Shown piece after piece: positions 37,256 through 47,112 of a DNA stretch of 64,000 bases. Source of the DNA: an archaeon GW2011_AR10 (lineage in GTDB: Archaea; Iainarchaeota; Iainarchaeia; Iainarchaeales; GW2011-AR10); assembly GCA_000830275.1 (NCBI GenBank), contig CP010424.1, forward strand, positions 1,071,311-1,135,310, written 5' to 3'. The notes under the pieces were generated by a model. The model saw nothing but the letters and a program-made list of their open reading frames with translations, searched no databases and was not told the DNA's origin. The translations under genes were made by a program, and so were the position numbers. Position 1 is the stretch's first letter; each line of letters starts with the position of its first letter.

Positions 37256-38932
37256 TCAAGCCTTTGCATCCAATAAAATGAATTCCGCGTTTTCATCCAT
37301 TAATGCTTCAAGTTCTTTTATGCTGTTGCATGAGTGCAACCGCAAAAAATTTTTCTTGAATGGCGCGAGAGCATTTCCTTTTGCTTCCGGCACTTCAGCA
37401 AAAAACTTTCGGTTAACTTCCGCAAATTTGGCTATGCCGGCGGCGTCGCTGAACTCATTCACAACCCACTTGTTTCCTGTGCTTTTGAGGACTGCTGAAA
37501 GCATTTTTTCCGCGAGCTTTGCGTTTCCTTCCCCGCCAAGATTCATTGCTGCGCTCTCAAGGCCATAGATTCCCAGGGCTGGCACAAATTTTTCTATTTC
37601 AATTTCGTTCTCTTTAAGGTAAGGCTTTTCCGATAGAATGGTTTCCTTTAAATCAGCTGCTGCCTTGAATTCACCAAGTGTTTCCTCAAGCAATTCAAAG
37701 AAGCCGTTTTCCTGCGAGTCAAAAGCCATTTTTTCGAGGTTTAATCCAAAATACTGGCTGATGCCCTGGCCTTTATCCAGATAAATTTTCTCAGTTAAAG
37801 GTACAACTCTCTGCTTTGAGCAGTTGAGGAAAAGAAGCCCTTTTTCAAGCAGCGGCCGGTCAATGAGCTTCAGCCTAAATTTTGAATCGCATGAAACCGC
37901 AATAGAAAAATTGAATTCCGACCTGTTTTCATTAAATGTGTGGATTGTTTCCAAGGCGAAATCAACTGCATCATCTATTTGGGCAGGGCTTAAGTCCAAT
38001 TCTCCATCAGAGAAGAGGTCAAGGCCTAGCACTGGTTTAACATCCGTGCATTCGAAAAGTGCCCTGTCAACCTGCCCCAACAGCATCAGCGCATAAAACC
38101 GTTTCTTTTTCTTCGAGCTTTTCCCTAGCAGCTTGGCAAAAGAAAAATTTGCCGAACGTGCAGCCGGAGCCAGCGAAGAAAATTTTTTTAATGCGCCAAG
38201 TTTTTTTCCAAACTCAATTACTGCATTTTCAATTGAGGTTGAATTTAACTTCAAAAAAGTTGACTGTGCATAAGGCTTCGAGCTGAAGTCCTCCGCTGCG
38301 ACAATGTGGGCCAAGGAGTCAAAATGGAGCTGCCTTGCTTTTTCCGGAATCGCTTCAAGCCAGTTGAATTCCAGGAGTATGTCCTTGTTCTCGTAAATGC
38401 CTCTGCTTAACTTTTTTTTGACGTCAAAAACCGGGAGGCCGAGCCTTGCATACTGCCTGTGTGCTTCTTCCTGCCCGAACTCCAGCAGCTTGACATTAAC
38501 CATTTCCCTGATTAATGCGGTATTCAAGTAATTTATGTTTAGGTCCTTTATTTTGTCTTCAACTTCGGCACCAATTTTTTCTGCGGTTGTTCTGCTCAAA
38601 GTCGTTTCTTTCAGGAGTGAGTGAATTATGTTGCCTCTGTCAAAACTTTCTCTTACGCCGCTGGAAGTGTACACACTCAGCTTCTCGAATGATGAATACA
38701 CTTCCGCTGCCTTGGGGTTGATTTCTCTCAGCAGCTCAACCGCTTTTTTTCTGAGTTTTTTCTCTGGCTGCTTTTCGTTTTCAAGCCCCTTGATTATTTT
38801 TAGGATATCCCATTTTGTAGCGCCGGCTTCCTGGAATTCCTTTGCAATCTTTTCAACTGTTTCCTTTACTGGGCTTCCATCCATAACTACATTAGTGTGC
38901 CAAAAAAGTTTAATTAAAATCCCAGAAAACAA
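37256..38932 (-). CDS. ATP-cone domain protein of unknown function
   Basis: Residues ~95-160 (VYTSSGVRESFDRGNIIHSLLKE...AEKIGAEVEDKIKDL...TALIREMV) fit the ATP-cone pattern, with a second degenerate copy N-terminal. No glycyl-radical or P-loop motif was seen. Confidence 0.3.
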   Translation of the reverse strand: MFSGILIKLFWHTNVVMDGSPVKETVEKIAKEFQEAGATKWDILKIIKGLENEKQPEKKLRKKAVELLREINPKAAEVYSSFEKLSVYTSSGVRESFDRGNIIHSLLKETTLSRTTAEKIGAEVEDKIKDLNINYLNTALIREMVNVKLLEFGQEEAHRQYARLGLPVFDVKKKLSRGIYENKDILLEFNWLEAIPEKARQLHFDSLAHIVAAEDFSSKPYAQSTFLKLNSTSIENAVIEFGKKLGALKKFSSLAPAARSANFSFAKLLGKSSKKKKRFYALMLLGQVDRALFECTDVKPVLGLDLFSDGELDLSPAQIDDAVDFALETIHTFNENRSEFNFSIAVSCDSKFRLKLIDRPLLEKGLLFLNCSKQRVVPLTEKIYLDKGQGISQYFGLNLEKMAFDSQENGFFELLEETLGEFKAAADLKETILSEKPYLKENEIEIEKFVPALGIYGLESAAMNLGGEGNAKLAEKMLSAVLKSTGNKWVVNEFSDAAGIAKFAEVNRKFFAEVPEAKGNALAPFKKNFLRLHSCNSIKELEALMDENAEFILLDAKA

Positions 38933-38997
38933 ACCACTGCTTTTGAAAAGCTAACTTTTTATACCTTTTGTGTTTGAATTACTAATGAATTGTTGGT

Positions 38998-39477
38998 GTG
39001 TTTATGGAACTGGTTTTGGACAAGGTTGACCACAAAATAATCCAGCACTTGCTTCAGGACGGCAGAAGCTCTTTTAGTTCCATTGCAAAGGACGTTAACC
39101 TTACCGATGTTGCAATAAAAAAAAGGGTTGAGAGGCTTAAGAGGAAAGGCGTCATAAGCGCCATAACTGCTGACTTAAACTTAAAGGTTTTAGGGTATGA
39201 GAACCCGATTTTTGTTCAAATCCGTTCCGAGATTTCGAAGAACAAGGAGCTTATAAAGCGCTTGAAGGAGTTTGACTACATCATTGAGCTTCACCAAGTT
39301 TTAGGGGAGTACAACCTTCTTGCAAAGCTTGTGGTGCCAAACCTTTCGCTTGCAGAAAAATTCATTGAGAAGCTTGGCGTGCTCGATGGAGTGCTTGACA
39401 TTAAAACCCTTGTCATTTTAAGCGAGCTCAAGAAAACGAATTCTTTGCCCATATTCTCCCTGCAGAAAAAACTTTAA
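38998..39477 (+). CDS. Lrp/AsnC-family transcriptional regulator
   Basis: HTH KIIQHLLQDGRSSFSSIAKDVNLTDVAIKKRVERL plus a C-terminal RAM-like domain. Confidence 0.8.
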   Translation: MFMELVLDKVDHKIIQHLLQDGRSSFSSIAKDVNLTDVAIKKRVERLKRKGVISAITADLNLKVLGYENPIFVQIRSEISKNKELIKRLKEFDYIIELHQVLGEYNLLAKLVVPNLSLAEKFIEKLGVLDGVLDIKTLVILSELKKTNSLPIFSLQKKL

Positions 39478-39540
39478 GGCAAAAACCATACTTCGTCAAT
39501 TGTCGAAACCTTTTTATTCTCTTTGCCGTAAACTTATTTT

Positions 39541-39714
39541 ATGCTGTCAGAGTCAAAGGCGCAGATTTCAGTTGAGTTAATAATCGTAATTGCAGCAGTT
39601 GTGGCGATTGTTCTGTTGCTCGTTTCACAGCTCCGAGAGACAACAAGTGAAGGCGCAAAAGTAATAGACGAAAAAACAGAGAAAATATTCAAGGAAATAG
39701 ATGAAATAAAATGA
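39541..39714 (+). CDS. Small pilin-like protein (57 aa; not in the ORF track)
   Basis: Manual translation: MLSESKAQISVELIIVIAAVVAIVLLLVSQLRETTSEGAKVIDEKTEKIFKEIDEIK. Overlaps the next gene by ATGA. Confidence 0.45.
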   Translation: MLSESKAQISVELIIVIAAVVAIVLLLVSQLRETTSEGAKVIDEKTEKIFKEIDEIK

Positions 39715-40124
39715 AGCACAGCGCGCAGGCAAGCCTTGAACTCGCAATTGTTATTGCGGCTTTTCTCAGCATGTTTCTTCTGCTGCTGCCAAGCATTCAT
39801 GCATTGTTTGATGCAGGAATTTTCTCATTCGACGTAAAGAACGCGCAGCAGTTTCTCCACAGTTTCAAGGAAACAGCAAGGCAGCTCAGTGTTTTTTCTT
39901 CAGGCTCAGAGAAAACAATTGAGTCAGCGGTTCTAACAAAGTGGGTAATCTACTCGAAACAAAACAAGGTTTTCCTGCAGGTTCATTCAGAGGAAGCCGG
40001 AAAAACAAAGCTGCTTGAAGCGGAGCTGCCATTAACGGTTGAAATGCAGGAACTTGAGCTGCAAAAAGAAGCAAGGCTCCGCCTTGTAAAAAGCAGCAGC
40101 CATGTTTTAGTGGTAAACGGTTAA
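39711..40124 (+). CDS. Pilin-like protein (class III signal peptide)
   Basis: MKHSAQASLELAIVIAAFLSMFLLLLP. Confidence 0.5.
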   Translation: MKHSAQASLELAIVIAAFLSMFLLLLPSIHALFDAGIFSFDVKNAQQFLHSFKETARQLSVFSSGSEKTIESAVLTKWVIYSKQNKVFLQVHSEEAGKTKLLEAELPLTVEMQELELQKEARLRLVKSSSHVLVVNG

Positions 40125-40466
40125 TACAAACCGTTGCAGTTTCAAGGTGCTTCCGACAAAATGCATTTCCTCAGCTAACACCTTCTCGTAGGGCTTTTTG
40201 ATTCCTTCATTCAAAAAAATTTTCCCGCCGTTGAATTCAATCATTCCTTTTTTCTCAGAGAAAACAAAATTGAAATCTGACTCCAGTTCCTCCTCTGAGA
40301 AATTTCTTTCCCGAAGCCACACAATCAGCAGGTCGTGTTGTTTTTGCGCAATGCTCAGCTCATCCAGCCCATGCGCAGGGAAAGTGAATGGGATTAAAAG
40401 CAGCGAGAACAACAGCAGAATGGAAAAAGCCGCCTCCAATGAAAGATAAAAGCCGGGCTCATTCAT
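40107..40466 (-). CDS. Pilin-like protein
   Basis: MNEPGFYLSLEAAFSILLLFSLLLIP. Confidence 0.4.
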   Translation of the reverse strand: MNEPGFYLSLEAAFSILLLFSLLLIPFTFPAHGLDELSIAQKQHDLLIVWLRERNFSEEELESDFNFVFSEKKGMIEFNGGKIFLNEGIKKPYEKVLAEEMHFVGSTLKLQRFVLTVYH

Positions 40467-40926
40467 CGCATATCACCAAGACAATTTTTGCTTTTCTTTC
40501 AGTTGCCGCCTTAACCACTGCAAACCTTTCAAAGCCAGTGCAGTTTTTTCCTGCATTCCCTTTAAACAACAACTCTTTGCTTCCGTCCTTGAACAGTAGA
40601 TAGAGTTCCAGAACATTCAAGCCGTCAAGCAGTTCTTTGTTTTCCCTGATTTTCCCAAGCAAAGCATAGTCAAGCACGTTTTGTTCCACTCTCATAAGTT
40701 CAGGGTTATAATGGGCTGCTCCAAGGCTTGGATTGTTTTCATCAGAGTTTTTGATGAGGGAATCAAGAATGAACAATCCTTTTCGCTGCAGCTCGAACTC
40801 CCTTTCAATTGAAGCGCTTTGCAGTGCAACATTACTTGCCTGCACTAACATCAGGTAAACCATTAAGGCCATTACAATAACTGACACTGCCAAATCAATG
40901 CTGAATATAATGCCCCTATCTTTCAT
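40459..40926 (-). CDS. Pilin-like protein
   Basis: MKDRGIIFSIDLAVSVIVMALMVYLML. Confidence 0.45.
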   Translation of the reverse strand: MKDRGIIFSIDLAVSVIVMALMVYLMLVQASNVALQSASIEREFELQRKGLFILDSLIKNSDENNPSLGAAHYNPELMRVEQNVLDYALLGKIRENKELLDGLNVLELYLLFKDGSKELLFKGNAGKNCTGFERFAVVKAATERKAKIVLVICDE

Positions 40927-41263
40927 AGCGTTCCCTTATAGCAACTTTGATTTTGGTTTTCCCGTTTTCCTCAAAGCTTGTTGTGCTCTTGTTCACGAGG
41001 GCTGTTCCAACTTCAAAACCATTAAGGTCAAAAAAAACTTTTCCGCCTTTTACAGTGCATTCAGTTCCTTCTCCTGCTTCAAGTTCGCCGCTGTTTGAAT
41101 ACACTGAGTCAATAAGTGAAGCGCATTTGTTTGCTGAGAGCTTGGCATTGAAAGTTTCAAGAGATGAATCTGCTTTTGTTTCAGCTGAGGCAACTGCCGC
41201 TGTAAAAAGTGCAAGAACGGATAAAAATACAGTGAAAGAAATCAGCGGTTCAAGAGCAGCCAA
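40916..41263 (-). CDS. Pilin-like protein
   Basis: MAALEPLISFTVFLSVLALFTAAVASA. Confidence 0.4.
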   Translation of the reverse strand: MAALEPLISFTVFLSVLALFTAAVASAETKADSSLETFNAKLSANKCASLIDSVYSNSGELEAGEGTECTVKGGKVFFDLNGFEVGTALVNKSTTSFEENGKTKIKVAIRERYER

Positions 41264-41931
41264 GGTTTCACCTTAACAAATCTTTTGTTGTAACCTGAAG
41301 GAAGAAGGAACTCTTGGTGAAAATCTCCAGAGGAAATCCTTGCGCGCAACGCCTCTGACCTGAGAATTCCTCCAGTGAAATGAAATTCTACAACAAGAAT
41401 TGTTTCCCCAGCGTCAACAAGAAGAACCCCTGCATTTCTTCTAATATCTTGCGTTTCAGGCACTTTTCTCTCTCCAGTGCTTCTGTCAACCACTTCAAAC
41501 CTCACTGATGGGTTGTCAGTATAGAATTCTTCTGTTTCCTTTGCCAGTTGGATAACTGCTTCTGCTGCATGCTCTTCAAGGCTTGCCTGCAAGTAATTGT
41601 GCCTGTCGATTTCCTTGCTGATGGTTTCCATCACTGCAAAGTCAAGGTTGTTTTCAAGCTCTGCCCTGACAAAGCTGGCTTTCTCCATTGCCAGCAGCTC
41701 CGACAATGTTGATGAAAGAGTTTCTTCAGAGTAAACAGCGTAGGCCTGCAATACTGCGTTGAGCTGGATGAATGCCAGCACAAGAAAAAAGGAGAACACT
41801 CCTTTGGAATTCATGTAAAAGAATAGCATCAAAACCAATAAAAATATTACGTCAATTGACGAAATAAGGTTTTTTAGTTGTTCGCCAAAAGGATTAATAC
41901 CCTTTTGAATGAAAAATTTCTTGATTGGCAT
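41242..41931 (-). CDS. Membrane protein, hypothetical (pilus-cluster associated)
   Basis: The track ORF runs to 42099, overlapping the S2P gene by ~190 bp; an internal Met at 41931 (MPIKKFF...) is used. Start uncertain. Confidence 0.3.
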   Translation of the reverse strand: MPIKKFFIQKGINPFGEQLKNLISSIDVIFLLVLMLFFYMNSKGVFSFFLVLAFIQLNAVLQAYAVYSEETLSSTLSELLAMEKASFVRAELENNLDFAVMETISKEIDRHNYLQASLEEHAAEAVIQLAKETEEFYTDNPSVRFEVVDRSTGERKVPETQDIRRNAGVLLVDAGETILVVEFHFTGGILRSEALRARISSGDFHQEFLLPSGYNKRFVKVKPWLLLNR

Positions 41932-42514
41932 GAATTCAAGGGAGCGGAACGACCTCATAATAAGCTGGGCCACAATCAGTTTGGCGTTTGCATTCATTTT
42001 AAGTGACGGCTTCTTCGACTTGTTCAATTTTTCGATTGCCCTCCTCGTTTCAATTATAGGTGTTGGAACCGGCTTTGTTCTCCACGAGCTCGCCCACAAA
42101 TACGTTGCAATAAGGTTTGGAGCGCAAGCAGAGTTCAGGGCATGGAAAATTGGTTTAATACTGGCGCTGGTGCTGCCAATAATAACGTTTGGAAGGTTTC
42201 TGTTCGCAGCGCCCGGGGCGGTCTACATTTTTGGCGAGCGGATTTCGGTGAAGCAAAACGGCCTGATTTCAATTGCGGGGCCGCTGACAAACATTGTCGT
42301 AGCCTTTGTTTTTCTTTCGCTTCTTTTGCTGTTCGAAACTTCACAGCTGTTGAATACAATTGCGGTTTCAGGGGCAAAAATAAATTTTTTCCTCGCATTT
42401 TTTAACATGATTCCTTTCGGCCCCCTGGATGGAACAAAAGTGTTCTCCTGGAACAAAGCGGTTTGGGCAATTGTTTTCTTTTTCTCCTTTTTCGCTGTTT
42501 TCTTCCTGTTTTAA
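41909..42514 (+). CDS. Site-2 protease family zinc metalloprotease (M50)
   Basis: HELAHK zinc motif in a TM helix plus NMIPFGPLDG (NxxPxxxLDG). Confidence 0.8.
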   Translation: MKNFLIGMNSRERNDLIISWATISLAFAFILSDGFFDLFNFSIALLVSIIGVGTGFVLHELAHKYVAIRFGAQAEFRAWKIGLILALVLPIITFGRFLFAAPGAVYIFGERISVKQNGLISIAGPLTNIVVAFVFLSLLLLFETSQLLNTIAVSGAKINFFLAFFNMIPFGPLDGTKVFSWNKAVWAIVFFFSFFAVFFLF

Positions 42515-42582
42515 TTAGCAATCTTGCCTGCGGATGCTGCTGTCATGCGATTTTTTAATCATTTCTTCCGTATATTCAACCA

Positions 42583-43239
42583 ATGAATGCACGCATTTTA
42601 CTTGGCTTTGCTTTCCTTGTCCTTGTTTTGGTGCTCTTGTCTGGTTGCCCGAAGCCCCCATTGGAGGATGATGACTCTGGCCAGATTGAGCCGGAACCAG
42701 AGCCGGAAGTTGACTTATGCGAAAACATTTCATGCAATGACAAATGCGAGAACACCACGCTTTTTTCAGGCGGCAGCTGCGTTGAAGGGAGCTGCATTTA
42801 CGCTGCCACAGTTGAGAATGCTGCTGAATGCGGTTACGAAGAGAGAGCCCTGCAGCTTGACACGCAGTTCAGGAGCTGCAGCTGGGATTTCTACTCCAAA
42901 AACTTTGACTTCTTTTTCACGATAAAGAATGTCGGCGAAGTTCCTGTTCCAGAAAACGCTTCAATCTGGATTATAGGCGAGGGCATTTCCAAAAAAACTT
43001 ATGACATAACCAACAGGGAGTACGGCATCAACCAGATTCTGTGGGGTGAAAGGAACTGGAGCGCATACCCTTATCAGGGTAACAGGTGGCGGGTAACAGA
43101 TTACGCGGAATTCCAACAATTTGGCTTCAAGCTGGTTTACTGCGAGGGCATAAACGTTTTCATACAGCAATGCAGCGAAGAAAACGGAACAGTGTTATTT
43201 GAAGGCAATACGGGAGAATTGTGTGAGGTAAGAGAGTAA
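42583..43239 (+). CDS. Secreted Cys-rich lipoprotein, hypothetical
   Basis: Signal peptide with lipobox-like LLSGC, an acidic linker, and multiple Cys. Confidence 0.45.
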   Translation: MNARILLGFAFLVLVLVLLSGCPKPPLEDDDSGQIEPEPEPEVDLCENISCNDKCENTTLFSGGSCVEGSCIYAATVENAAECGYEERALQLDTQFRSCSWDFYSKNFDFFFTIKNVGEVPVPENASIWIIGEGISKKTYDITNREYGINQILWGERNWSAYPYQGNRWRVTDYAEFQQFGFKLVYCEGINVFIQQCSEENGTVLFEGNTGELCEVRE

Positions 43240-43243
43240 TCCT

Positions 43244-45430
43244 TTATCTGACATAAGTCGGCTTAATTGTTGTTGTGGTTGTTGCCCTGAATTCTTGGTA
43301 TGATTCCAGAACCTCTTTTCTTATTGATGGAAGAATCTTTGCCATTGCTTCAACCAAGTGAGACTTTTTAACTTCTGTTGCCTTCATGTTGCTTTCCTGA
43401 AGGCTTATCAGTGCGGCCTCCCTAATCATGCCCTCAATGTCTGCTCCGCTATAGCCCTCGGTTTTCTTTGCTATTTCCTCTAGTGATACGTCTTTTGCTA
43501 GTGGCACGCTTTTGCTGTGCACTCTAAGAATTGAGAGCCTTGCCTTTTCATCCGGTGCAGGAATCAAGATCATCTTATCAACTCTGCCGGGCCTCATAAG
43601 CGCTGGGTCAATAAGGTCAGGCCGGTTTGTCGCAGCAATGAATATCACATCCTTCAGTCTTTCAATGCCATCAAGCTCTGTCAGCAGCTGGTTCACAACT
43701 CTTTCTCCAACCCCTGAATCAGTGCTTTGACCGCGTGTTGAAGCAATTGCATCGATTTCGTCAAAGAAAATGATTGCAGGCGAAACCTGCCTTGCCCTGT
43801 GAAAAATTTTTCTGATTCCTTTTTCGCTTTCTCCAACCCACATGCTAATGAGCTGTGGTCCCTTGATTGAAATAAAGTTTGCCTCGCTTTCAGTTGCCAC
43901 TGCTTTTGCCAAAAGAGTTTTGCCGCAACCCGGAGGACCGTACAGCAGTACACCGCTTGGCGGATTGATTCCCAGCCTTTTGAATGATTCACTGTGCTTT
44001 AAAGGCCACTCTACTGCCTGCTTTAATTCCCTTTTCACGTTCTCTAAACCGCCAATGTCCTTCCACCTAATGTTTGGCACCTCAATTGTCACTTCCCTTA
44101 AAGCGCTCGGCTGCACGTCCTTCAATGCTTCCTGGAAATCGGTTTTGTTCACTTCCAGTGATTCAAGCACTTCAGTGGGAATCTTGTCCTCATCTAAATC
44201 TATTTTTGGAAGGTAACGGTGCAGGGCTTTCATTGCAGCCTCTTTCACGAGTGCTTCAATGTCCGCGCCAACAAACCCGTGCGTGACAGACGCAAGGTAA
44301 TCCAAGTCAACATTTTTTGCCAACGGCATTCCCCTCGAATGAATCTGAATGATTTGCTTTCTTCCGCCCTTGGTTGGAACGCCTATCTCAATTTCCCTGT
44401 CAAATCTTCCAGGCCTTCTAAGCGCCTCATCCAAGGAGTTAACCCTGTTGGTTGCAGCAATAACAATTACGTTGCCTCTTGCCTCCATGCCATCCATTGC
44501 TGAAAGAATCTGTGCAACAACCCTTCTTTCAACTTCCCCTATTACTTCATCCCTTTTTGGGGCAATTGAGTCTATTTCATCAAAGAAAATAATGCTTGGA
44601 GCATTCTTTTCAGCTTCTTTGAAAACTTCCCGGACTCTTTCCTCTGCTTCCCCAACAAATTTTGACATAATGCTTGGAGAATTTATTGAAATGAAATGTG
44701 CCTGGGTTTCAGTTGCCACTGCTTTTGCGAGAAGGGTTTTTCCTGTTCCGGGAGGGCCGTGAAGCAGAACGCCCTTCGGCGGGTTAATGCCTAGTTTCCT
44801 GAAGATTTCAGGGTGCTTCATTGGAAGCTCTATCATATCCTTGATTTTTTGGATTTGCTCTTTCAAGCCGCCAATGTCCTCGTAAGCAATTTTTGGAATT
44901 CCAGCAAGGGAATCCTTAACAGGCTCTTCCTTCAGTACAAACTGGGTGAAATCAGTTATTTTAACAATGCCGCGCGGGGTTGTGTCAACCACCTGGTAAA
45001 CAAAGCCGGAGCCAAAAACACTGATCCAAACGTTGTCTCCTTTGGTTAATGGCCTTCCAATGAAATTCTTTTTCAGTATCCTGTCATAGCCTGAAGCAAT
45101 TATTCTGACTTCCTGTGTTGGAGCAAGCACAACCCTTTTGGCTTCAAAAAAATTTGCTTTTCTTACCGCAACCTTTTCTCCTAGCGCGCTCCCCGAATTA
45201 TGCCTTATAAAGTTGTCCATCCGAATTATGCCCTTACCTTCATCCTCTGCTCTTGCAGGCCAGATAACAGCAGCAGTTCTTTTCGGGCCCTCAATTTCAA
45301 CTATGTCACCAGAGGTTACGCCGAGTTCTTCTTTTGTTCTCTTGTCCAGCGTGATAATGTTCCTTCCCACATGGCTTGGATCAGGGTCCTCAACCCTCAA
45401 TATTGCGTCCTTTTTTTTGTTTGAAAACAT
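43244..45430 (-). CDS. cdc48: Cdc48/VCP-like AAA+ ATPase
   Basis: N-domain plus two AAA modules ([15 protein letters not shown] and [15 protein letters not shown]), each with DEID Walker B and an SRH region. Confidence 0.9.
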   Translation of the reverse strand: MFSNKKKDAILRVEDPDPSHVGRNIITLDKRTKEELGVTSGDIVEIEGPKRTAAVIWPARAEDEGKGIIRMDNFIRHNSGSALGEKVAVRKANFFEAKRVVLAPTQEVRIIASGYDRILKKNFIGRPLTKGDNVWISVFGSGFVYQVVDTTPRGIVKITDFTQFVLKEEPVKDSLAGIPKIAYEDIGGLKEQIQKIKDMIELPMKHPEIFRKLGINPPKGVLLHGPPGTGKTLLAKAVATETQAHFISINSPSIMSKFVGEAEERVREVFKEAEKNAPSIIFFDEIDSIAPKRDEVIGEVERRVVAQILSAMDGMEARGNVIVIAATNRVNSLDEALRRPGRFDREIEIGVPTKGGRKQIIQIHSRGMPLAKNVDLDYLASVTHGFVGADIEALVKEAAMKALHRYLPKIDLDEDKIPTEVLESLEVNKTDFQEALKDVQPSALREVTIEVPNIRWKDIGGLENVKRELKQAVEWPLKHSESFKRLGINPPSGVLLYGPPGCGKTLLAKAVATESEANFISIKGPQLISMWVGESEKGIRKIFHRARQVSPAIIFFDEIDAIASTRGQSTDSGVGERVVNQLLTELDGIERLKDVIFIAATNRPDLIDPALMRPGRVDKMILIPAPDEKARLSILRVHSKSVPLAKDVSLEEIAKKTEGYSGADIEGMIREAALISLQESNMKATEVKKSHLVEAMAKILPSIRKEVLESYQEFRATTTTTIKPTYVR

Positions 45431-45472
45431 TCCATCGCCTTAACAAATCATTTTGAACCAAACGTTAATAAG

Positions 45473-46285
45473 CTATTCCATTTGAACCGTTAAGTCGCCG
45501 TTAGGCAGCATTGAAATTATTTCATCCAATTCAAAAACGTTTTTCGCGCCGGCTTTTTCCTCAAACAATTTCCTGAGCTGCTTCGCGGTTTCACCCTTTG
45601 ACTGCTGGCCCTGTTCAACCTTAAAGAAAAACGCTGAATTCTTTTTCACCGCGCTTAAAGGCCCGGAAATTACTTTCCATTCACCGTTCTCTTTCATTGC
45701 CCCTATTGCAAACTCTAATTTTGTTTTCCTGAACCAGTTTCGTTTTCCGTAAATCATGAAGGCTCCTGCTCCAAGAGCCTCTCCCGCCGGGGCTTTCTTG
45801 CTCACTTGCTCCGGCATCACGCTGTAAACATCTGCTGTTGCAAGCTTCTGCTTCCACGCCCTTGAAAAAACCGCTGCAAAAACCGATGCTTCCTCCAAGC
45901 TTTTCTTCGGAGCAGAATTTTTCTCTGTTTTAAGAATTGTGTGAGGTGCGCCAAAAATTTCTGCGTGAAAGTATAGGTCGCCATCTTCCATGTGTTTTTT
46001 CACCAAAGCTTCGTTGCTGCCTGCATCCCTGCCTGCAACAACAAGCAAGCCATCGCTTGTCCTGAACCAGTGGAACCTCTCAAACCATTGCCTCTTTTTT
46101 TTCCTCGTGATTTCCCTGCTTTCAGCCTTCAACGCATTCTTTTCTTCAGCCTCTGCTATTTTTCCCTCAATTAGCGGGATTGCCTTGCTGAGGCCAGCAA
46201 GTTTTTTTTTGGCCTTCTTTGATTTCTGGTAGTAGAGGTCAGCGTTCTGCTGCAGCGATTTCTTCAAATCAATTGCCAGTTGCAT
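45473..46285 (-). CDS. NFACT-R (DUF814) domain protein, Rqc2/NEMF/FbpA-family C-terminal half
   Basis: WFERFHWFRTSDGLLVVAGRDAGSNEALVKKHMEDGDLYFHAEIFGAPHTIL matches the DUF814 core (FhwF.s..G..vvvGRna.eNe.L.kk....D.wfHa....GsHvil). Only 270 aa, so it lacks the NFACT-N domain. Lies 42 bp upstream of cdc48. Confidence 0.7.
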   Translation of the reverse strand: MQLAIDLKKSLQQNADLYYQKSKKAKKKLAGLSKAIPLIEGKIAEAEEKNALKAESREITRKKKRQWFERFHWFRTSDGLLVVAGRDAGSNEALVKKHMEDGDLYFHAEIFGAPHTILKTEKNSAPKKSLEEASVFAAVFSRAWKQKLATADVYSVMPEQVSKKAPAGEALGAGAFMIYGKRNWFRKTKLEFAIGAMKENGEWKVISGPLSAVKKNSAFFFKVEQGQQSKGETAKQLRKLFEEKAGAKNVFELDEIISMLPNGDLTVQME

Positions 46286-46824
46286 TACTCCAGCCCCTGC
46301 ATGTGCTTTACGATTTCCAGCACAGACTTGGTGCGGGAAGCGTTTTTGTGCAGTGGTTCAGTTGCATAGAATATTTCTTTGTCCTTTATCAGGTTGAATA
46401 TGTTTGGAATTGACTCATAATACTTTTTCAATGAATCCTGGTGGTATGATTCAATGTCCGTGTAAATGTGTGAGGCCATCATGTTCCAGTTGCCTGACCC
46501 GATTATGGCGCTTAGCCTGTACAAATGCGGGTCACTTGAAACTACGCCCAAGAATTCATTAAACAACTCTTTTTGGCTTGTGTCTATCTGGAGCATTACT
46601 ATGACTTCAAGCTTGTATCCTAGTTTTCTGAAATCAATTTTTGGCCCAAATCCGCTCAGCACCCCCTCCCTTGAAAGAAAATCCAGCGAACTCTTGATTG
46701 TTGCCTTGTGGTAACCGGTCAGCCGCTTTATGTGGCGAACATTAGGTGTTACAGCATTTTTCTGCAGGAGCGCTTCCAGAATCTTTACCCTGATCTCATC
46801 GTTAACCTTCTTGTTAATGGCCAT
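46285..46824 (-). CDS. HTH transcriptional regulator (Lrp/TrmB-like wHTH), hypothetical
   Basis: N-terminal wHTH-like segment VRHIKRLTGYHKATIKSSLDFLSREGVL. Confidence 0.35.
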   Translation of the reverse strand: MAINKKVNDEIRVKILEALLQKNAVTPNVRHIKRLTGYHKATIKSSLDFLSREGVLSGFGPKIDFRKLGYKLEVIVMLQIDTSQKELFNEFLGVVSSDPHLYRLSAIIGSGNWNMMASHIYTDIESYHQDSLKKYYESIPNIFNLIKDKEIFYATEPLHKNASRTKSVLEIVKHMQGLE

Positions 46825-47112
46825 TAAAAAACCCCAGCATATTCAATATGGGCTGGCATTCATTTTTAAATGTAATTTTTGTTACATCTATTTTGTCTAA
46901 AATTATAAAAAGAAGGACATCGTCAATATTATTGTAAATTAGAATTGGGGGGATCCAATCCTAAAAAATAAAAAAAATAAAAATGTAGAACGGGGTTAGG
47001 CTCACCAAGCTGATTTGGAATCCTGTATGTAGCCCCGTTCTCACCTCTAATATTTTCGGTGGGGTTTGAGGTGGTAATTCAAATCGTATTGTTAGGGCTA
47101 ATTTTTGTCGGC

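Noticed and set aside
41931-42099. N-terminal 56 codons of the 285-aa minus-strand membrane ORF
   Set aside because: They would overlap the confidently identified S2P protease gene on the opposite strand by ~190 bp; a downstream Met was preferred.
46930-47060. tRNA or tRNA-like gene in the topA upstream region
   Set aside because: Neither strand contains a T-loop (GTTCRANYC) or a consistent acceptor pairing; retained only as a generic ncRNA candidate.
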